Assembly (NCBI GenBank): GCA_903836515.1
Contig: CAILQW010000038.1
Location: 8,942 to 72,941 of the forward strand
Reading direction: 5' to 3'
Length of the DNA: 64,000 nucleotides
Source of the DNA: Candidatus Omnitrophota bacterium
GTDB lineage: Bacteria; Omnitrophota; Gorgyraeia; Zapsychrales; Fredricksoniimonadaceae
The notes beneath the pieces are model-generated. The model was not told the DNA's origin. It saw only the letters and a program-made list of their open reading frames with translations, and searched no databases. The position numbers were made by a program, and so were the translations under genes. Each line of letters starts with the position of its first letter. Positions within the stretch are counted from its first letter, which is position 1. Of the stretch, positions 1 through 9,730 are shown piece after piece.

Positions 1-1330
1 AAACGGTTTTTGGGGCAGCTTTCTAATCAGCAAGTTCGTGTTGTTGGGCCAGAACTTATTTTTGGGACATTGTTTGACCGTCTCGGTTTTGGCTCTATCC
101 CGGAAGCGTTATTTCGCCACATAGTGATCGCGCGTCTAGCGCATCCTGTTAGTAAACTTAAGACTGTCGATTATTTATATCGCTATCAAGGTGTTGTTGT
201 CGACGCTGATAGCATTTATCGATTTCTTGACAGGTTAAATGATAAACATAAAGAAGCCGTGGAGCGTTTGGCATTTGAGTACAGTCGTGGCGTATTGGGA
301 CACATCTCAGTGGTCTTTTATGATATGACAACCCTGTATTTTGAAGCCGAAGATGAAGATGATCTCAGAAAAGTTGGGTTTTCAAAAGACGGGAAGTTCC
401 AACATCCACAGATCATGCTGGGTCTGCTGATTGGCGAACAAGGATATCCGATCGGATATGATATCTTTGAGGGAAACGTTTTTGAAGGGCATACCTTGTT
501 GCCAACGCTGGATAAGATTCGCCAGAAATATGGGCTTGGGCGGCCGGTGGTTGTGGCAGACGCTGGATTATTGAGCAGGGACAACCTAAAACTATTGGCA
601 GCCGAAGGCTACACATTTATTCTTGGTGCACGCATTAAGAATGAGTCCGACGCCAGCAAGGAAAAAATTCTTGAACAAGCTAAACGAATTAATGATCAAC
701 AAGGTTTCGATCTGCAAAGAGCAGACGGTAGTAGACTGATCGTAACTTATTCGGAGCAACGCCGGAAGAAAGATGCCTATGGACGAGAACGCGGCCTTGT
801 CAGGCTCCGGCAAAAGATTAAATCCGGAAAGTTGTCAAAAGAACACATCAATAATCGCGGATACAATAAGTTTCTGACGCTCAAAGGCAACATTGAAGTA
901 TCGATTGATGAGATTAAGGCGGAGCGAGACAGCCTTTGGGACGGGCTGAAAGGGTACATTACTAACACAGATTTATCTGTTGAAAAGGTCGTCGAGAATT
1001 ATCGTCAGTTATGGCGAATTGAAAAGGCGTTCCGAATATCAAAGACCGATTTAAGAATTCGTCCTGTGTATCATTATCGCAGAAAACGCATTGAGGCTCA
1101 CATTTGCATCGCGTTTGTTGCGTATACGATTATAAGGAACTTGAGCGATTATTGGAACAAGGTCGGGCTGGGTTAAGCCCAAAGCGAGCAGCTGAACTTA
1201 CGCACACAATGTACGCGTTGGATCATCAATCGTTGAGCGCTCCGGTCGCAGAGAGAGTTATTTTGCAAATGGATCTCGAACAACAGGTGCTTTATAATAT
1301 TGTTAAACAAAAAAACTGATTCTAGGGTGT
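1..1330. mobile_element. IS1634-family (IS4 superfamily) insertion sequence remnant, truncated by the window edge; right end not precisely defined
   Basis: Visibly lower GC than the ~60% core. Contains a DDE transposase ORF that is open to position 1. The protein has the D...D...E region with the YxxLWxIExxFRxxK signature typical of IS4/IS1634 transposases. Confidence 0.6.
10..1319 (+). pseudogene. IS1634-family DDE transposase, 5'-truncated and C-terminally frameshifted. The tail continues in another frame as ORF 1104..1319.
   Basis: ORF 10..1176 (TTG at 10, reading frame open from nt 1) ends ...AYTIIRNLSDYWNKVGLG. Overlapping ORF 1104..1319 reads ...YDYKELERLLEQGRAGLSPKRAAEL, a typical transposase C-terminus. 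A 1-nt indel near 1125-1135 (att-ata-agg vs expected att-tat-aag-g) is the likely cause. Confidence 0.6.
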
Positions 1331-1358
1331 CCCGTTGCGGAAGTCAGGAGGGGGCGGC

Positions 1359-1874
1359 ATGACAATCCTGATCGTCATTTTGATCTTTCTTCCCGTTGTT
1401 TTTTTTAATAACCTCGTGAGTAAGAAGAACCGCGTGGAAAGCGCTTTCAGCGCGGTGGATGTGGTGTTGAAGAAGCGTTATGATCTGATCCCCGGGCTTG
1501 TAGCGGTGGTTAAAGGTTATGCGGATCATGAGGCGGCTGTGCTGACGGCGCTTACAGCTTTGCGTGAACGTGCCGTATCAGCGGGAATGGCAGACCAGGA
1601 GAAGATCAAGGTTGATGCCATGATCACGCCGATGATGCTGGGGATTTTGATGCGGGCGGAGGCGTATCCTCAGCTGAAGGCGGATAGGAGTTTTTTGCAA
1701 TTACAGACCGCGCTGGTGGAACTCGAGGCGCAGATCGCGGCGGCGCGCCGGGTGTACAATGTTATGGTCGTCGAGTATAATAATGCCGTTGAGATGATCC
1801 CCACTAACATGATGGCGGCCTGGATGGATTATCACCGCAGGGAATTTTTCGCGGCGGATGATGGCCGGCGTTGA
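1359..1874 (+). CDS. LemA family protein (N-terminal TM anchor)
   Basis: MTILIVILIFLPVVFFNNLVSKKNRVESAFSAVDVVLKKRYDLIPGLV... is the LemA signature. Start refined to M9 of ORF 1335. Confidence 0.8.
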   Translation: MTILIVILIFLPVVFFNNLVSKKNRVESAFSAVDVVLKKRYDLIPGLVAVVKGYADHEAAVLTALTALRERAVSAGMADQEKIKVDAMITPMMLGILMRAEAYPQLKADRSFLQLQTALVELEAQIAAARRVYNVMVVEYNNAVEMIPTNMMAAWMDYHRREFFAADDGRR

Positions 1875-1965
1875 TCTGGCGCGTGAGATTGTCGGCGATA
1901 TTAAGTTAATACAGGGTTTTTGGATAAGGCATAGGGTGGATCACACATCAATCAAGGAGCTGGGT

Positions 1966-2466
1966 ATGAACAAGCGTGCTGTCAGGGTGGGGGTGTCGGG
2001 GTTGGTGGTACTGGCGTTTGCCGGTGCAGGATTGGCCCGCGCCGCCGAGGCAACGGTTAATACGCCGGTGGGTCAGGTATCCGCGCAGGTGGCCGTTGAT
2101 CCGCAGGCTCAGCAGATCATTGATCAGTCCAAGGCCACAGGGGCTCCGGCGCAGCAGGAGCAGTTTCTGGTGACCCAGGCCAGGGCATTGCTGGGAGAGG
2201 GTAAATATCAGACGGCACTCAGCGTGGCCAATTATGTCCTGACGGCGCTTAATTCAAAATCGACGGGGGCGCAGGATATTGTGACTACTGCCAAACAAAA
2301 GATCGCTGCCCTGGCCAAGCAAAAGTTCGCCAGCGTGCTGGGTGGTGCCGGGCAGAATGCGCAGACCACGACATCCTCAACGCAGAAGAAGGTCGGTGCG
2401 GTGCAATCAAAGGCGGATCAGGCGGCAACACATGTCCAGGGGCTTCTGGGCGTCTTCGGGAAATAA
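1966..2466 (+). CDS. Secreted Ala/Gln-rich low-complexity hypothetical protein (signal peptide)
   Basis: M37 of ORF 1858 is preceded by AAGGAG. MNKRAVRVGVSGLVVLAFAGAGLARA is a Sec signal peptide. Composition is low-complexity. Confidence 0.5.
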   Translation: MNKRAVRVGVSGLVVLAFAGAGLARAAEATVNTPVGQVSAQVAVDPQAQQIIDQSKATGAPAQQEQFLVTQARALLGEGKYQTALSVANYVLTALNSKSTGAQDIVTTAKQKIAALAKQKFASVLGGAGQNAQTTTSSTQKKVGAVQSKADQAATHVQGLLGVFGK

Positions 2467-2492
2467 GTGGTGTCGTGTTGATGTTGAGCTCA

Positions 2493-2521
2493 AGCCCAGG
2501 CTGTCTAAGCCTGGGCTTTTT
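2493..2521 (+). terminator. Rho-independent terminator (AGCCCAGGC-tgtcta-GCCTGGGCT + TTTTT)
   Basis: Perfect 9-bp stem followed by a T5 run, 27 nt after the stop at 2466. Confidence 0.6.
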
Positions 2522-2544
2522 CATGTTGCCGGGGTGGAGGCGTT

Positions 2545-2826
2545 ATGTCCGATCAACAGCGTTATGACACATGGCTGGCGACCCGCCAGGAGGATTGGGA
2601 AGCGCGCTGCCGGCACTGTGGCGCGTGTTGCGGCGCGTTTGAAGACCCCTGTGTGCATCTGGTTATGACGCCCGAGGGGCATTCCCGATGCCTTGTGTAT
2701 CCGGCCCGCCTGGGTCCGCATAAAACAGTGGGCGGCCGTCCGTTCACCTGTGTGCATGTGCGCCAGAAGCTTGGGACTTCCTGGCCTGGTGATGCGCGCT
2801 GCGGGTACAAACACCCGGATCATTGA
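2545..2826 (+). CDS. YkgJ-family cysteine-cluster protein (CxxCxxCC, putative Zn/Fe-binding)
   Basis: CRHCGACCGAF...C...C...C...C: 9 Cys in 93 aa with the CxxCxxCC motif of PF03692-type proteins. Confidence 0.55.
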   Translation: MSDQQRYDTWLATRQEDWEARCRHCGACCGAFEDPCVHLVMTPEGHSRCLVYPARLGPHKTVGGRPFTCVHVRQKLGTSWPGDARCGYKHPDH

Positions 2827-2958
2827 TCTATCCCGGATGGCAGGCGGCTAAAATTAGGGTATTTCTGTAGTGCCGATTGTGTATAATGTTTCATGATAAG
2901 CGGTAGAAGGCCCGCACAAGCCAGAGATTTTGTGGATGCCCCAGGAAGGCGCTATTTT

Positions 2959-4602
2959 ATGAAAGATGACAATCTTCCCTGCCCTGCCTCTTTGCCCCAG
3001 ACGCCCGAAGAGATCCATGATATTTACAACCAGGCGCCCTGCGGCTATCATTCGCTCGACAAGGATGGTGTTTTTGTCCGCGTGAATGACACGGAACTTT
3101 CCTGGCTGGGATATGCGCGGAAAGACATTATCGGGAAGATGAAATTTCAGGATATTTTAACGCCCGAGGGGCTGAAGGTTTATGCCGCGGCGGGCATGGG
3201 GAAAGGCCCGGTCGATGACCTGGAGTGTGATCTGGTCTGTCAGGGCGGGACGCTGTTCCCGGTGCGGTTGCGTTCCCGGGTGGGGGCGGATGGGGATGGC
3301 AATTTCACGGGCAGCCGTGCGGCTGTATTCGAGACCGCGGAGCGCAAACGGGCCGAGCAGGCCGGGCGGGCCATGCAGGTGGGCGAGACGTATCTGAGCA
3401 CCCTGTTCAATGCCGTACAGGTCGGGATCATCCTGATCGATGCCCAGACGCGGCGGATCGTCGATGTGAATCCGGTCGCCGAGGATATGTTCGGCAAGAA
3501 GAAGGAGCACATCATCAACCATGTCTGCCACCAGTACATCTGCCCCATGGAGAAAGGCCACTGTCCCGTTCTGGACCTGGATCAGAAGATCGATTCCGCG
3601 GACCGCATGCTCCTCAAGGGCAACGGGGAGGTGTCGCCGATCCTCAAGACCGTTGTCCCGGTGACGATCAATGACCGGAATTTCCTCCTGGAAAGCTTTA
3701 TGGACATGTCCGAGCACAAACGCATGGAGCAGGCCTTGCGTCAAAGTGCCGGTGAACTTAAAGCCGCTTACGAAACGCTGGTCGCATTTCAGGCCCGTCT
3801 CGTCGAGGCTGAAAAAATGTCCTCGCTGGGCCAGCTGGCGGCAGGCGTGGCGCACGAGATCAATAATCCCCTGGGCTATATCAGCAATAACCTTGTGATC
3901 CTCGGGCAATATGCCAAAAAGTTTGAGGATCTCTTGCAGACTTACAGCGAGTGGGAAGCCGCCGCGCGGCCTCTTGCCCAGGTGCAGGGCATGGAGTCGT
4001 TGCAGATCCTCGACGCCATGAAGCTTGAAGTGGGCCTCGAGGCGGCTTTGCCGGAATTCCATGAGGTCCTGGCCGAGACCCGGGAAGGGGTGGAGCGTGT
4101 CAAGAAGATCATCATTGACCTGAAGACTTTTGCGCGTGCCGACAAGGAAAATCTGGAACTCGACGATATTCACGCGGTGCTTGACCTGGCGGTCAATATT
4201 ATCCGGCATGAGGTCAAATACGGCATCGAACTCATCCAGGAGCGCGGGGATCTGCCGCGCATCATGTGTTATCCGCGCCAGCTCGGACAGGTTTTTATCA
4301 ATCTTCTCATGAATGCGGTCCAGGCCGTGGATCCCCGGCACGGGCGTATCCATGTCAGGACGTTCATGCGGGAAGGCATGGCGGTCATGGAATTCGAGGA
4401 TAACGGCTGCGGCATTGCGCCGGATGTTCTTCCCCGTGTCTTTGAGCCGTTCTTTACGACCAAGGAGGTCGGCAAGGGGACAGGCCTTGGCCTTTCCATT
4501 GCCTATGGCATTGTCCGCAAGCACGGCGGCGAGATATTGGTGCGCAGTGTGCCCGGCGGCGGGGCGGTCTTCACGGTCAGTCTGCCGGCAGGAGGCGCAT
4601 AA
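2959..4602 (+). CDS. Cytoplasmic sensor histidine kinase with two PAS-like domains. The second carries a C-x4-C-x6-(H)C cluster.
   Basis: H-box [11 protein letters not shown] and HATPase_c motifs (DNGCGI..., GTGLGLSI). No TM segment. Start refined to M23 (GGAAGG RBS; TATAAT at ~2882). The motif reads [16 protein letters not shown]. Confidence 0.85.
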   Translation: MKDDNLPCPASLPQTPEEIHDIYNQAPCGYHSLDKDGVFVRVNDTELSWLGYARKDIIGKMKFQDILTPEGLKVYAAAGMGKGPVDDLECDLVCQGGTLFPVRLRSRVGADGDGNFTGSRAAVFETAERKRAEQAGRAMQVGETYLSTLFNAVQVGIILIDAQTRRIVDVNPVAEDMFGKKKEHIINHVCHQYICPMEKGHCPVLDLDQKIDSADRMLLKGNGEVSPILKTVVPVTINDRNFLLESFMDMSEHKRMEQALRQSAGELKAAYETLVAFQARLVEAEKMSSLGQLAAGVAHEINNPLGYISNNLVILGQYAKKFEDLLQTYSEWEAAARPLAQVQGMESLQILDAMKLEVGLEAALPEFHEVLAETREGVERVKKIIIDLKTFARADKENLELDDIHAVLDLAVNIIRHEVKYGIELIQERGDLPRIMCYPRQLGQVFINLLMNAVQAVDPRHGRIHVRTFMREGMAVMEFEDNGCGIAPDVLPRVFEPFFTTKEVGKGTGLGLSIAYGIVRKHGGEILVRSVPGGGAVFTVSLPAGGA

Positions 4603-4604
4603 AC

Positions 4605-5696
4605 ATGCCGCGTATCGATCTTAAAAAAATGGTCATTCGCGGCGTTACTGTGGCCGTGGTCGAGGCGCCTCTGGCAGTCCCCTTCCGTATTGCCACCGGT
4701 CAGCATAACAGCCTGAAAAATATTTTTATTAAACTTGAACTTACCAGCGGCATCAAGGGGTTTGGGGAAGCCGCTATCGCGACGCATATTACGGGTGAGA
4801 CCGTGGCGGTGACAGAGCGGAATCTCAGGGAAGCCGCGGCTGTCAGCCCCGGGGAAGACATAGCGGATTACCGCGCTTTTCTGGAAGCTTTTCGTGAAAA
4901 ATTCTCAGGCAATCATGCCGCCCTGGCCGCATGGGAGATGGCGGTCCTGGATGCGTGGACGCGTTCGCTGGGCATGCCGCTGTGGAAATTGTTCGGTGAA
5001 ACGCCATCGGCCCTGTGTTCGGACATTACCATTGTTATTGGCTCGCTGGAAGAGGCAGCTGCCGCGGCCCGGTTGTATGCCCGGCAGGGCTTTGCTACGT
5101 TCAAGGTGAAGGTGGGGCGAGATGTTGACCTTGACATGGCACGGGTCCTGGCCATTAAAAAAGCCGCGCCATCCGCGGGGATCATCCTGGATGCTAACCA
5201 GGGGTTCAGCGCGGAAACCATGTTGAAATTCTTAAAGTGCCTGCGTTCTGGCAAGGTTCATCCGCTGCTCATCGAACAGCCCGTCCCCCGGGATGACTGG
5301 GAAGGGTTGAAGAAAGTCACGCGCCTGGCCGGGACGTTGGTGTGCGCCGATGAGAGTGTCGGTTCGCTGGCGGATGCGGCGCGCGCTATCCGTATCAAAG
5401 CTGTTTCCGCCGTCAACGTGAAACTCATGAAGAGCGGCATCCTCGAGGGCGCGGCGATCGCCCGTGCGGCACGGGGCGCTGGCATGGAACTCATGATCGG
5501 GGCCATGATGGAAAGCTCTCTGGCCATTACCGCCTCTGCGCATGTGGCCTGCGGCATGGGGTGTTTCCGGTTCATTGACCTTGACACCACGTATTTTCTC
5601 CGGGGGCCGTTGGCCAGGTCTCCTTATCTTGACAGCAAGGGCGGCTTTGATCTTTCTGCGGCGCGCGCCGGGATCGGGGTAACGCCTCGCCTATGA
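4605..5696 (+). CDS. Enolase-superfamily dipeptide epimerase (L-Ala-D/L-Glu epimerase-like, YkfB/YcjG family)
   Basis: FKVKVG, LDANQG, and DES/D metal-ligand pattern of the MR/MLE subgroup. Genomic context with NlpC/P60. Confidence 0.75.
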   Translation: MPRIDLKKMVIRGVTVAVVEAPLAVPFRIATGQHNSLKNIFIKLELTSGIKGFGEAAIATHITGETVAVTERNLREAAAVSPGEDIADYRAFLEAFREKFSGNHAALAAWEMAVLDAWTRSLGMPLWKLFGETPSALCSDITIVIGSLEEAAAAARLYARQGFATFKVKVGRDVDLDMARVLAIKKAAPSAGIILDANQGFSAETMLKFLKCLRSGKVHPLLIEQPVPRDDWEGLKKVTRLAGTLVCADESVGSLADAARAIRIKAVSAVNVKLMKSGILEGAAIARAARGAGMELMIGAMMESSLAITASAHVACGMGCFRFIDLDTTYFLRGPLARSPYLDSKGGFDLSAARAGIGVTPRL

Positions 5697-6856
5697 TCCA
5701 TGATCCTGTGTTCATTGTTTCCGTTCTTCTTGTCCTGGAAGGGTTTGTCCTTTGGCTGGCCGCACAGCCGCGGACCAGCGCCTGGTTCAATTTTCTTCCG
5801 CCGGTTTTCTGGATTTATTTCCTGCCCATGATGGCCTCGAGCGCCGGTCTCATTGATGCCCGTGCGCCGATCCTGGGAATGATCATCGCCAACGTGCTGC
5901 CCATGGCGCTTTTTTTACTGTTGGTCACGGTGGATCTGAAGGCGATATCCCGTTTGGGCGCCAAAGCGCTGGGCATGTTCTTTTGCGGGAGCCTGGGTGT
6001 TGTGGCGGGGACGCTCCTCGCGTTTCTGATGGTCAAGGGGGGTGTTGGCGGGAAATTCTGGTCGGGGTTTGGCGCGCTTTCAGCGTCATGGATCGGGGGG
6101 AGCGCGAATATGATCGCCACACGCGAAGCGCTGGGCACGCCGGATAATGTTTTTTTGCCGATGGTGGTCGTGGATACCATTGTGCCATATGTCTGGATGG
6201 GGATATTGATCGCGGGGGTGCGCTGGCAGGAGGCATTCGACCGCTGGAATTCTTCGGACCGTGTTGTGCTGGATGAATTGAAAATGTCGCTGGGCACGCA
6301 GGCGCGTCCGCAGACGTTGTTGACGATGCCGGGGGTATTTCTGCTGGGGGTGTGTGCGCTCAGTGCGGGTGTGGCCGCAAAATACGCGGCCGGGTATTTG
6401 CCGCAGGTCAAGGATCTCTTCAGCACGTCGGCCTGGACGATCATGGTGGTGAGCCTGATCGGACTGGGCGCGTCGTTGACGCCGGCCCGCCGCCTTGAAG
6501 CCTGCGGCGCTTCCAGGGTGGGTTACTGGGTTTTATATTTTGTATTGACGGCCATTGGCGCAAAAGCCTCCTTGTCGGATCTGGGGACGTCGGTGGTTTT
6601 GATCAGCGCAGGGGGTGTGATCATCGTGGTGCATGCGCTGTTCCTGCTGGGGGCGGCCCGCCTGATGCGCGCGCCTTTGTTCCTGGCCGCAGCGGCAAGC
6701 CAGGCGAACATCGGCGGGGTTGCCTCCGCGCCTGTTGTGGCGGCGGTGTACGAGCCAGGCCTGGCGTCCGTGGGGCTTTTGCTGGCTATTTTAGGGAATA
6801 TTGTAGGGACTTACGGAGGGATATTATGCGGGCAATGCTGTCGTTTGTTTTCCTGA
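5693..6856 (+). CDS. DUF819 (YjcL-family) polytopic membrane protein, putative transporter
   Basis: Strong collinear similarity to B. subtilis YjcL: FNFLPPVFWIYFLPM, SWIGGSANM, and APLFLAAAASQANIGGVASAPVVAA...GTYGG. ATGA overlap with the upstream gene. Confidence 0.8.
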   Translation: MIHDPVFIVSVLLVLEGFVLWLAAQPRTSAWFNFLPPVFWIYFLPMMASSAGLIDARAPILGMIIANVLPMALFLLLVTVDLKAISRLGAKALGMFFCGSLGVVAGTLLAFLMVKGGVGGKFWSGFGALSASWIGGSANMIATREALGTPDNVFLPMVVVDTIVPYVWMGILIAGVRWQEAFDRWNSSDRVVLDELKMSLGTQARPQTLLTMPGVFLLGVCALSAGVAAKYAAGYLPQVKDLFSTSAWTIMVVSLIGLGASLTPARRLEACGASRVGYWVLYFVLTAIGAKASLSDLGTSVVLISAGGVIIVVHALFLLGAARLMRAPLFLAAAASQANIGGVASAPVVAAVYEPGLASVGLLLAILGNIVGTYGGILCGQCCRLFS

Positions 6857-8184
6857 GTTATACTCTGAGCGCCTTTGCCGCTCCGACAGAGGGGGGCTCC
6901 TCCACGATAGAGCTGCCGCATGTGACGTTGAATATGCGGGCCCCGGATTTCTGGATCAGGCGGCATCCTTCTGCTGACAAGGTTGTCATGACGCCCGCCC
7001 GGATCAATACGTTTAATCAAAGGCTCCGGCAGAAGAAGTTGACCGATGACCTGGCGGCCCTGCCGGCGTTTGTACCCGGGGCATATGTCAAAGCAGAGAT
7101 AGCCGCCCTTGAGATCCTGTTAAAGCAACAAAGTCTTTTTCGCCAGGATGGCGCCAGGTCTGACGCGGGTTTTTATGAGCGCCTCGATAAAGCGATGGCC
7201 GTTGAGGGCATTGGGATGAATGTCCCGGTGCGTTATGCGTTGACCGTCGGGTTTACCCGCCAGCGCCTTGTGCCCACAGATGAACCCTTGTATACCGCTC
7301 CGGGGGATGTGCATTTTGATCAGGTCCAGAATAGCGGCCTAGATCTGGGGGCCCCGGTTGTGGTCCTCCATGAGACGGCTGACGGGCAGTGGTTTTTTGT
7401 CAAGGACGGGATATCTTCAGGCTGGGTGAGGAAGGTGGATATCGCCTTCATGGATGCGGTGGCGTGGCGTGCGATCTTTTTACCCGAGCGCTTTATCGTG
7501 GTCACGTCCGCACGTGCCAATATCTTCAAGGATGCGCCGATGACAGCGGCGCTCAGCTCGGTCCGCATGGGCGCCCGTTTCAGGCTCCAGCGTGTGGGGG
7601 AAGAATGCGTGGAGGTGGTGTATCCGGTGCGGGGCGAGGATGGCAGGGCTCGTTTGGGGCGTGCGTTCATCCCGCGCGGGGATGTTTCCCAGGGTTATTT
7701 GCGGTATACGGCGCGCACCGTGATCGAACAGGCGTTTAAGCTGCTGGATGCCCCTTATGGTTGGGGTGACACAGGAGGGGCGCAGGATTGTTCGCGGTTC
7801 ATCCATATGGTTTTTGCCACGGTGGGGCTGGATTTGCCGCGCAATTCTTCGGAGCAGGGTTCCACGGGGGTCGGCGTGGCTGATTTTGACGCCCATTATA
7901 ACGCGCCCGAAAAGTTTGTGGTCATTGCGGGGCAGGGTATAGGGGGATTGACCCTGTTGCGCCTGAAAGGGCATGTGATGCTTTATCTGGGGCAAGTCAA
8001 GGGGCGCTTGTATGCCATCCATGCGGCTTGGTCCTATCGTGAGAAATCGGCCAAAGCGGATGTGGTACGGATCCTGGGCCGGGTGGTGGTGAGCGACCTC
8101 TCGCTGGGGAAGGGAACCGCCAAAGGTTCTTTGCTGGAACGTGTTGTGGCCGTAAGATTTTTGGGGGGCAAAGAAAAAGATTGA
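6826..8184 (+). CDS. Secreted SH3b-NlpC/P60 peptidase (YkfC-like gamma-D-Glu-L-diamino acid endopeptidase)
   Basis: Signal peptide. C-terminal NlpC/P60 catalytic Cys (GGAQDCSRFIHMVF) and His (GHVMLYLG). Overlaps the DUF819 gene end. Confidence 0.75.
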   Translation: MRAMLSFVFLSYTLSAFAAPTEGGSSTIELPHVTLNMRAPDFWIRRHPSADKVVMTPARINTFNQRLRQKKLTDDLAALPAFVPGAYVKAEIAALEILLKQQSLFRQDGARSDAGFYERLDKAMAVEGIGMNVPVRYALTVGFTRQRLVPTDEPLYTAPGDVHFDQVQNSGLDLGAPVVVLHETADGQWFFVKDGISSGWVRKVDIAFMDAVAWRAIFLPERFIVVTSARANIFKDAPMTAALSSVRMGARFRLQRVGEECVEVVYPVRGEDGRARLGRAFIPRGDVSQGYLRYTARTVIEQAFKLLDAPYGWGDTGGAQDCSRFIHMVFATVGLDLPRNSSEQGSTGVGVADFDAHYNAPEKFVVIAGQGIGGLTLLRLKGHVMLYLGQVKGRLYAIHAAWSYREKSAKADVVRILGRVVVSDLSLGKGTAKGSLLERVVAVRFLGGKEKD

Positions 8185-8312
8185 CGTTTTGGGGCCTATG
8201 AGGCATTATAGTGGTCAACTAAGGTAGCGATCTGGACACGAGCAGCCCACCTCATAATCCCGCCTCATTACCTAACAAACTTAAAAATTGAAATAGAAAG
8301 AAGAATCAAAAC

Positions 8313-9545
8313 ATGACGAACACAAATGTACCAGCAACTTTTTTTGGGCTTGGCATTGCGCCGAAGGTGCTCGAACTGCTTGAACGCATGAAGTTCAAGA
8401 CACCGACACCCATTCAGCACAGGGCCATCCCTCTTGCCGTCGAGGGCAAGGACATCATGGGCATCGCGCAGACCGGAACGGGCAAAACCCTCGCGTTCGC
8501 CATCCCGATGGTTCAGCGCCTGGCGCAGACCACGCACAACGGACTGGTGATCGTGCCCACCCGTGAGCTGGCCATCCAGGTGGATGAGACCGTCAACAAG
8601 GTTGGACAGCCCTTTGGCCTGAAGACCGTGGTCCTGATCGGAGGCGCTTCCATGGAAGACCAGATCCGCGGGATCAAAAGGGGCGCACGCATCCTGATCG
8701 CCACACCGGGGCGCCTCATCGACCATATCCAGCGCGGTACCGTTCGCCTGGACAGCACCAACATTTTGGTGCTGGATGAAGCTGACCGCATGTTCGATAT
8801 GGGTTTTGCGCCACAGATCGAGCAGATCCTGCAGACTGTGCCCAAGGACAGGCAGACCATGCTTTTTTCCGCTACCATGCCGCGCGACATCATGAGCATG
8901 GCGTCGCGTCACATGAAGCTTCCTATTAACATTGAAATGGCACCCCAGGGGACCGCCGCCGAACGCGTGGTCCAGGAGATGTTTGTGGTCCGCCGGGAGA
9001 TGAAGACGGTCCTTTTGGCCAAGCTGTTGTCCCAATACCGCGGGTCGGTCTTGTTGTTCACCCGTACCAAGCATGGCGCCCGTAAACTGACGCGCGACAT
9101 CAAGGAAATGGGACACAGCGCCGCGGAGATCCATTCTGACCGTACCCTGGCCCAGCGCAAGGCGTCGCTGGAAGGGTTCAAGGTCGGACGTTACCGCGTT
9201 CTGGTGGCGACAGATATTGCCGCGCGCGGTATTGATGTCAAGGGGATCGAACTTGTCGTTAATTTCGATCTGCCGGATGATGCCGAAAATTACGTTCACC
9301 GTATCGGCCGTACCGGCCGTGCGGGCATGGAAGGCCGCGCGATTTCGATCGCAACACCCGACCAGGCCGACCAGGTGCAGGCCATCGAGCGCATCATGCG
9401 TTCGGAGATCAAGGTCATGCAGCACCCGGAGATGGAGACACAGACACTCTACCGTCCTCAGCCAGGCGCCTCATCGGGCCGCAAGGGAGTCAGCCGCAGT
9501 TTTGTGAACAAGTCCTTCGCGCGCGGACGCCGCAGGTTCCGTTAA
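8313..9545 (+). CDS. DEAD-box ATP-dependent RNA helicase (RhlE-like)
   Basis: Q motif, AQTGTGKT, PTRELA, DEAD, SAT, HRIGRTGRAG. Basic C-terminal tail. Confidence 0.9.
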   Translation: MTNTNVPATFFGLGIAPKVLELLERMKFKTPTPIQHRAIPLAVEGKDIMGIAQTGTGKTLAFAIPMVQRLAQTTHNGLVIVPTRELAIQVDETVNKVGQPFGLKTVVLIGGASMEDQIRGIKRGARILIATPGRLIDHIQRGTVRLDSTNILVLDEADRMFDMGFAPQIEQILQTVPKDRQTMLFSATMPRDIMSMASRHMKLPINIEMAPQGTAAERVVQEMFVVRREMKTVLLAKLLSQYRGSVLLFTRTKHGARKLTRDIKEMGHSAAEIHSDRTLAQRKASLEGFKVGRYRVLVATDIAARGIDVKGIELVVNFDLPDDAENYVHRIGRTGRAGMEGRAISIATPDQADQVQAIERIMRSEIKVMQHPEMETQTLYRPQPGASSGRKGVSRSFVNKSFARGRRRFR

Positions 9546-9620
9546 GGGGCCGGGGTCAAGGCCGTGCATCCCTGCGGTGGGCGCGGGCATGGCGGCAAGA
9601 TGATCTGACCGTTTCTTTTA

Positions 9621-9656
9621 AAAGCCCCCGGAGAAAAACCGGGGGCTTTTTTATTT
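9621..9656 (+). terminator. Rho-independent terminator (GCCCCCGG-agaaaaa-CCGGGGGC + TTTTTTATTT)
   Basis: 8-bp GC stem with a T-run. An A-tract upstream makes it potentially bidirectional. Confidence 0.75.
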
Positions 9657-9730
9657 GACTTTCCAGTCGGGATACTGTAAAAACTGAGTACATACGTTGG
9701 TCTGAGCATCACAGGGGAGAAAGGGGCATT

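Noticed and set aside
3157-4524. 455-aa ORF antisense to the PAS histidine kinase. The same pattern occurs elsewhere: 8268-9425(-), 18925-19986(+), 21890-23068(+), 35475-36416(-), 25586-26797(-), 5815-6444(-), 13523-14548(-), 14552-15406(-), 41605-42528(-), 42563-43372(-), 51376-52323(-), 53667-54650(+).
   Set aside because: In ~60% GC DNA, long stop-free frames arise antisense to real genes. Each of these overlaps a gene with clear family motifs on the other strand and shows Arg/Pro/Gly-rich low-complexity translation typical of GC artefacts.
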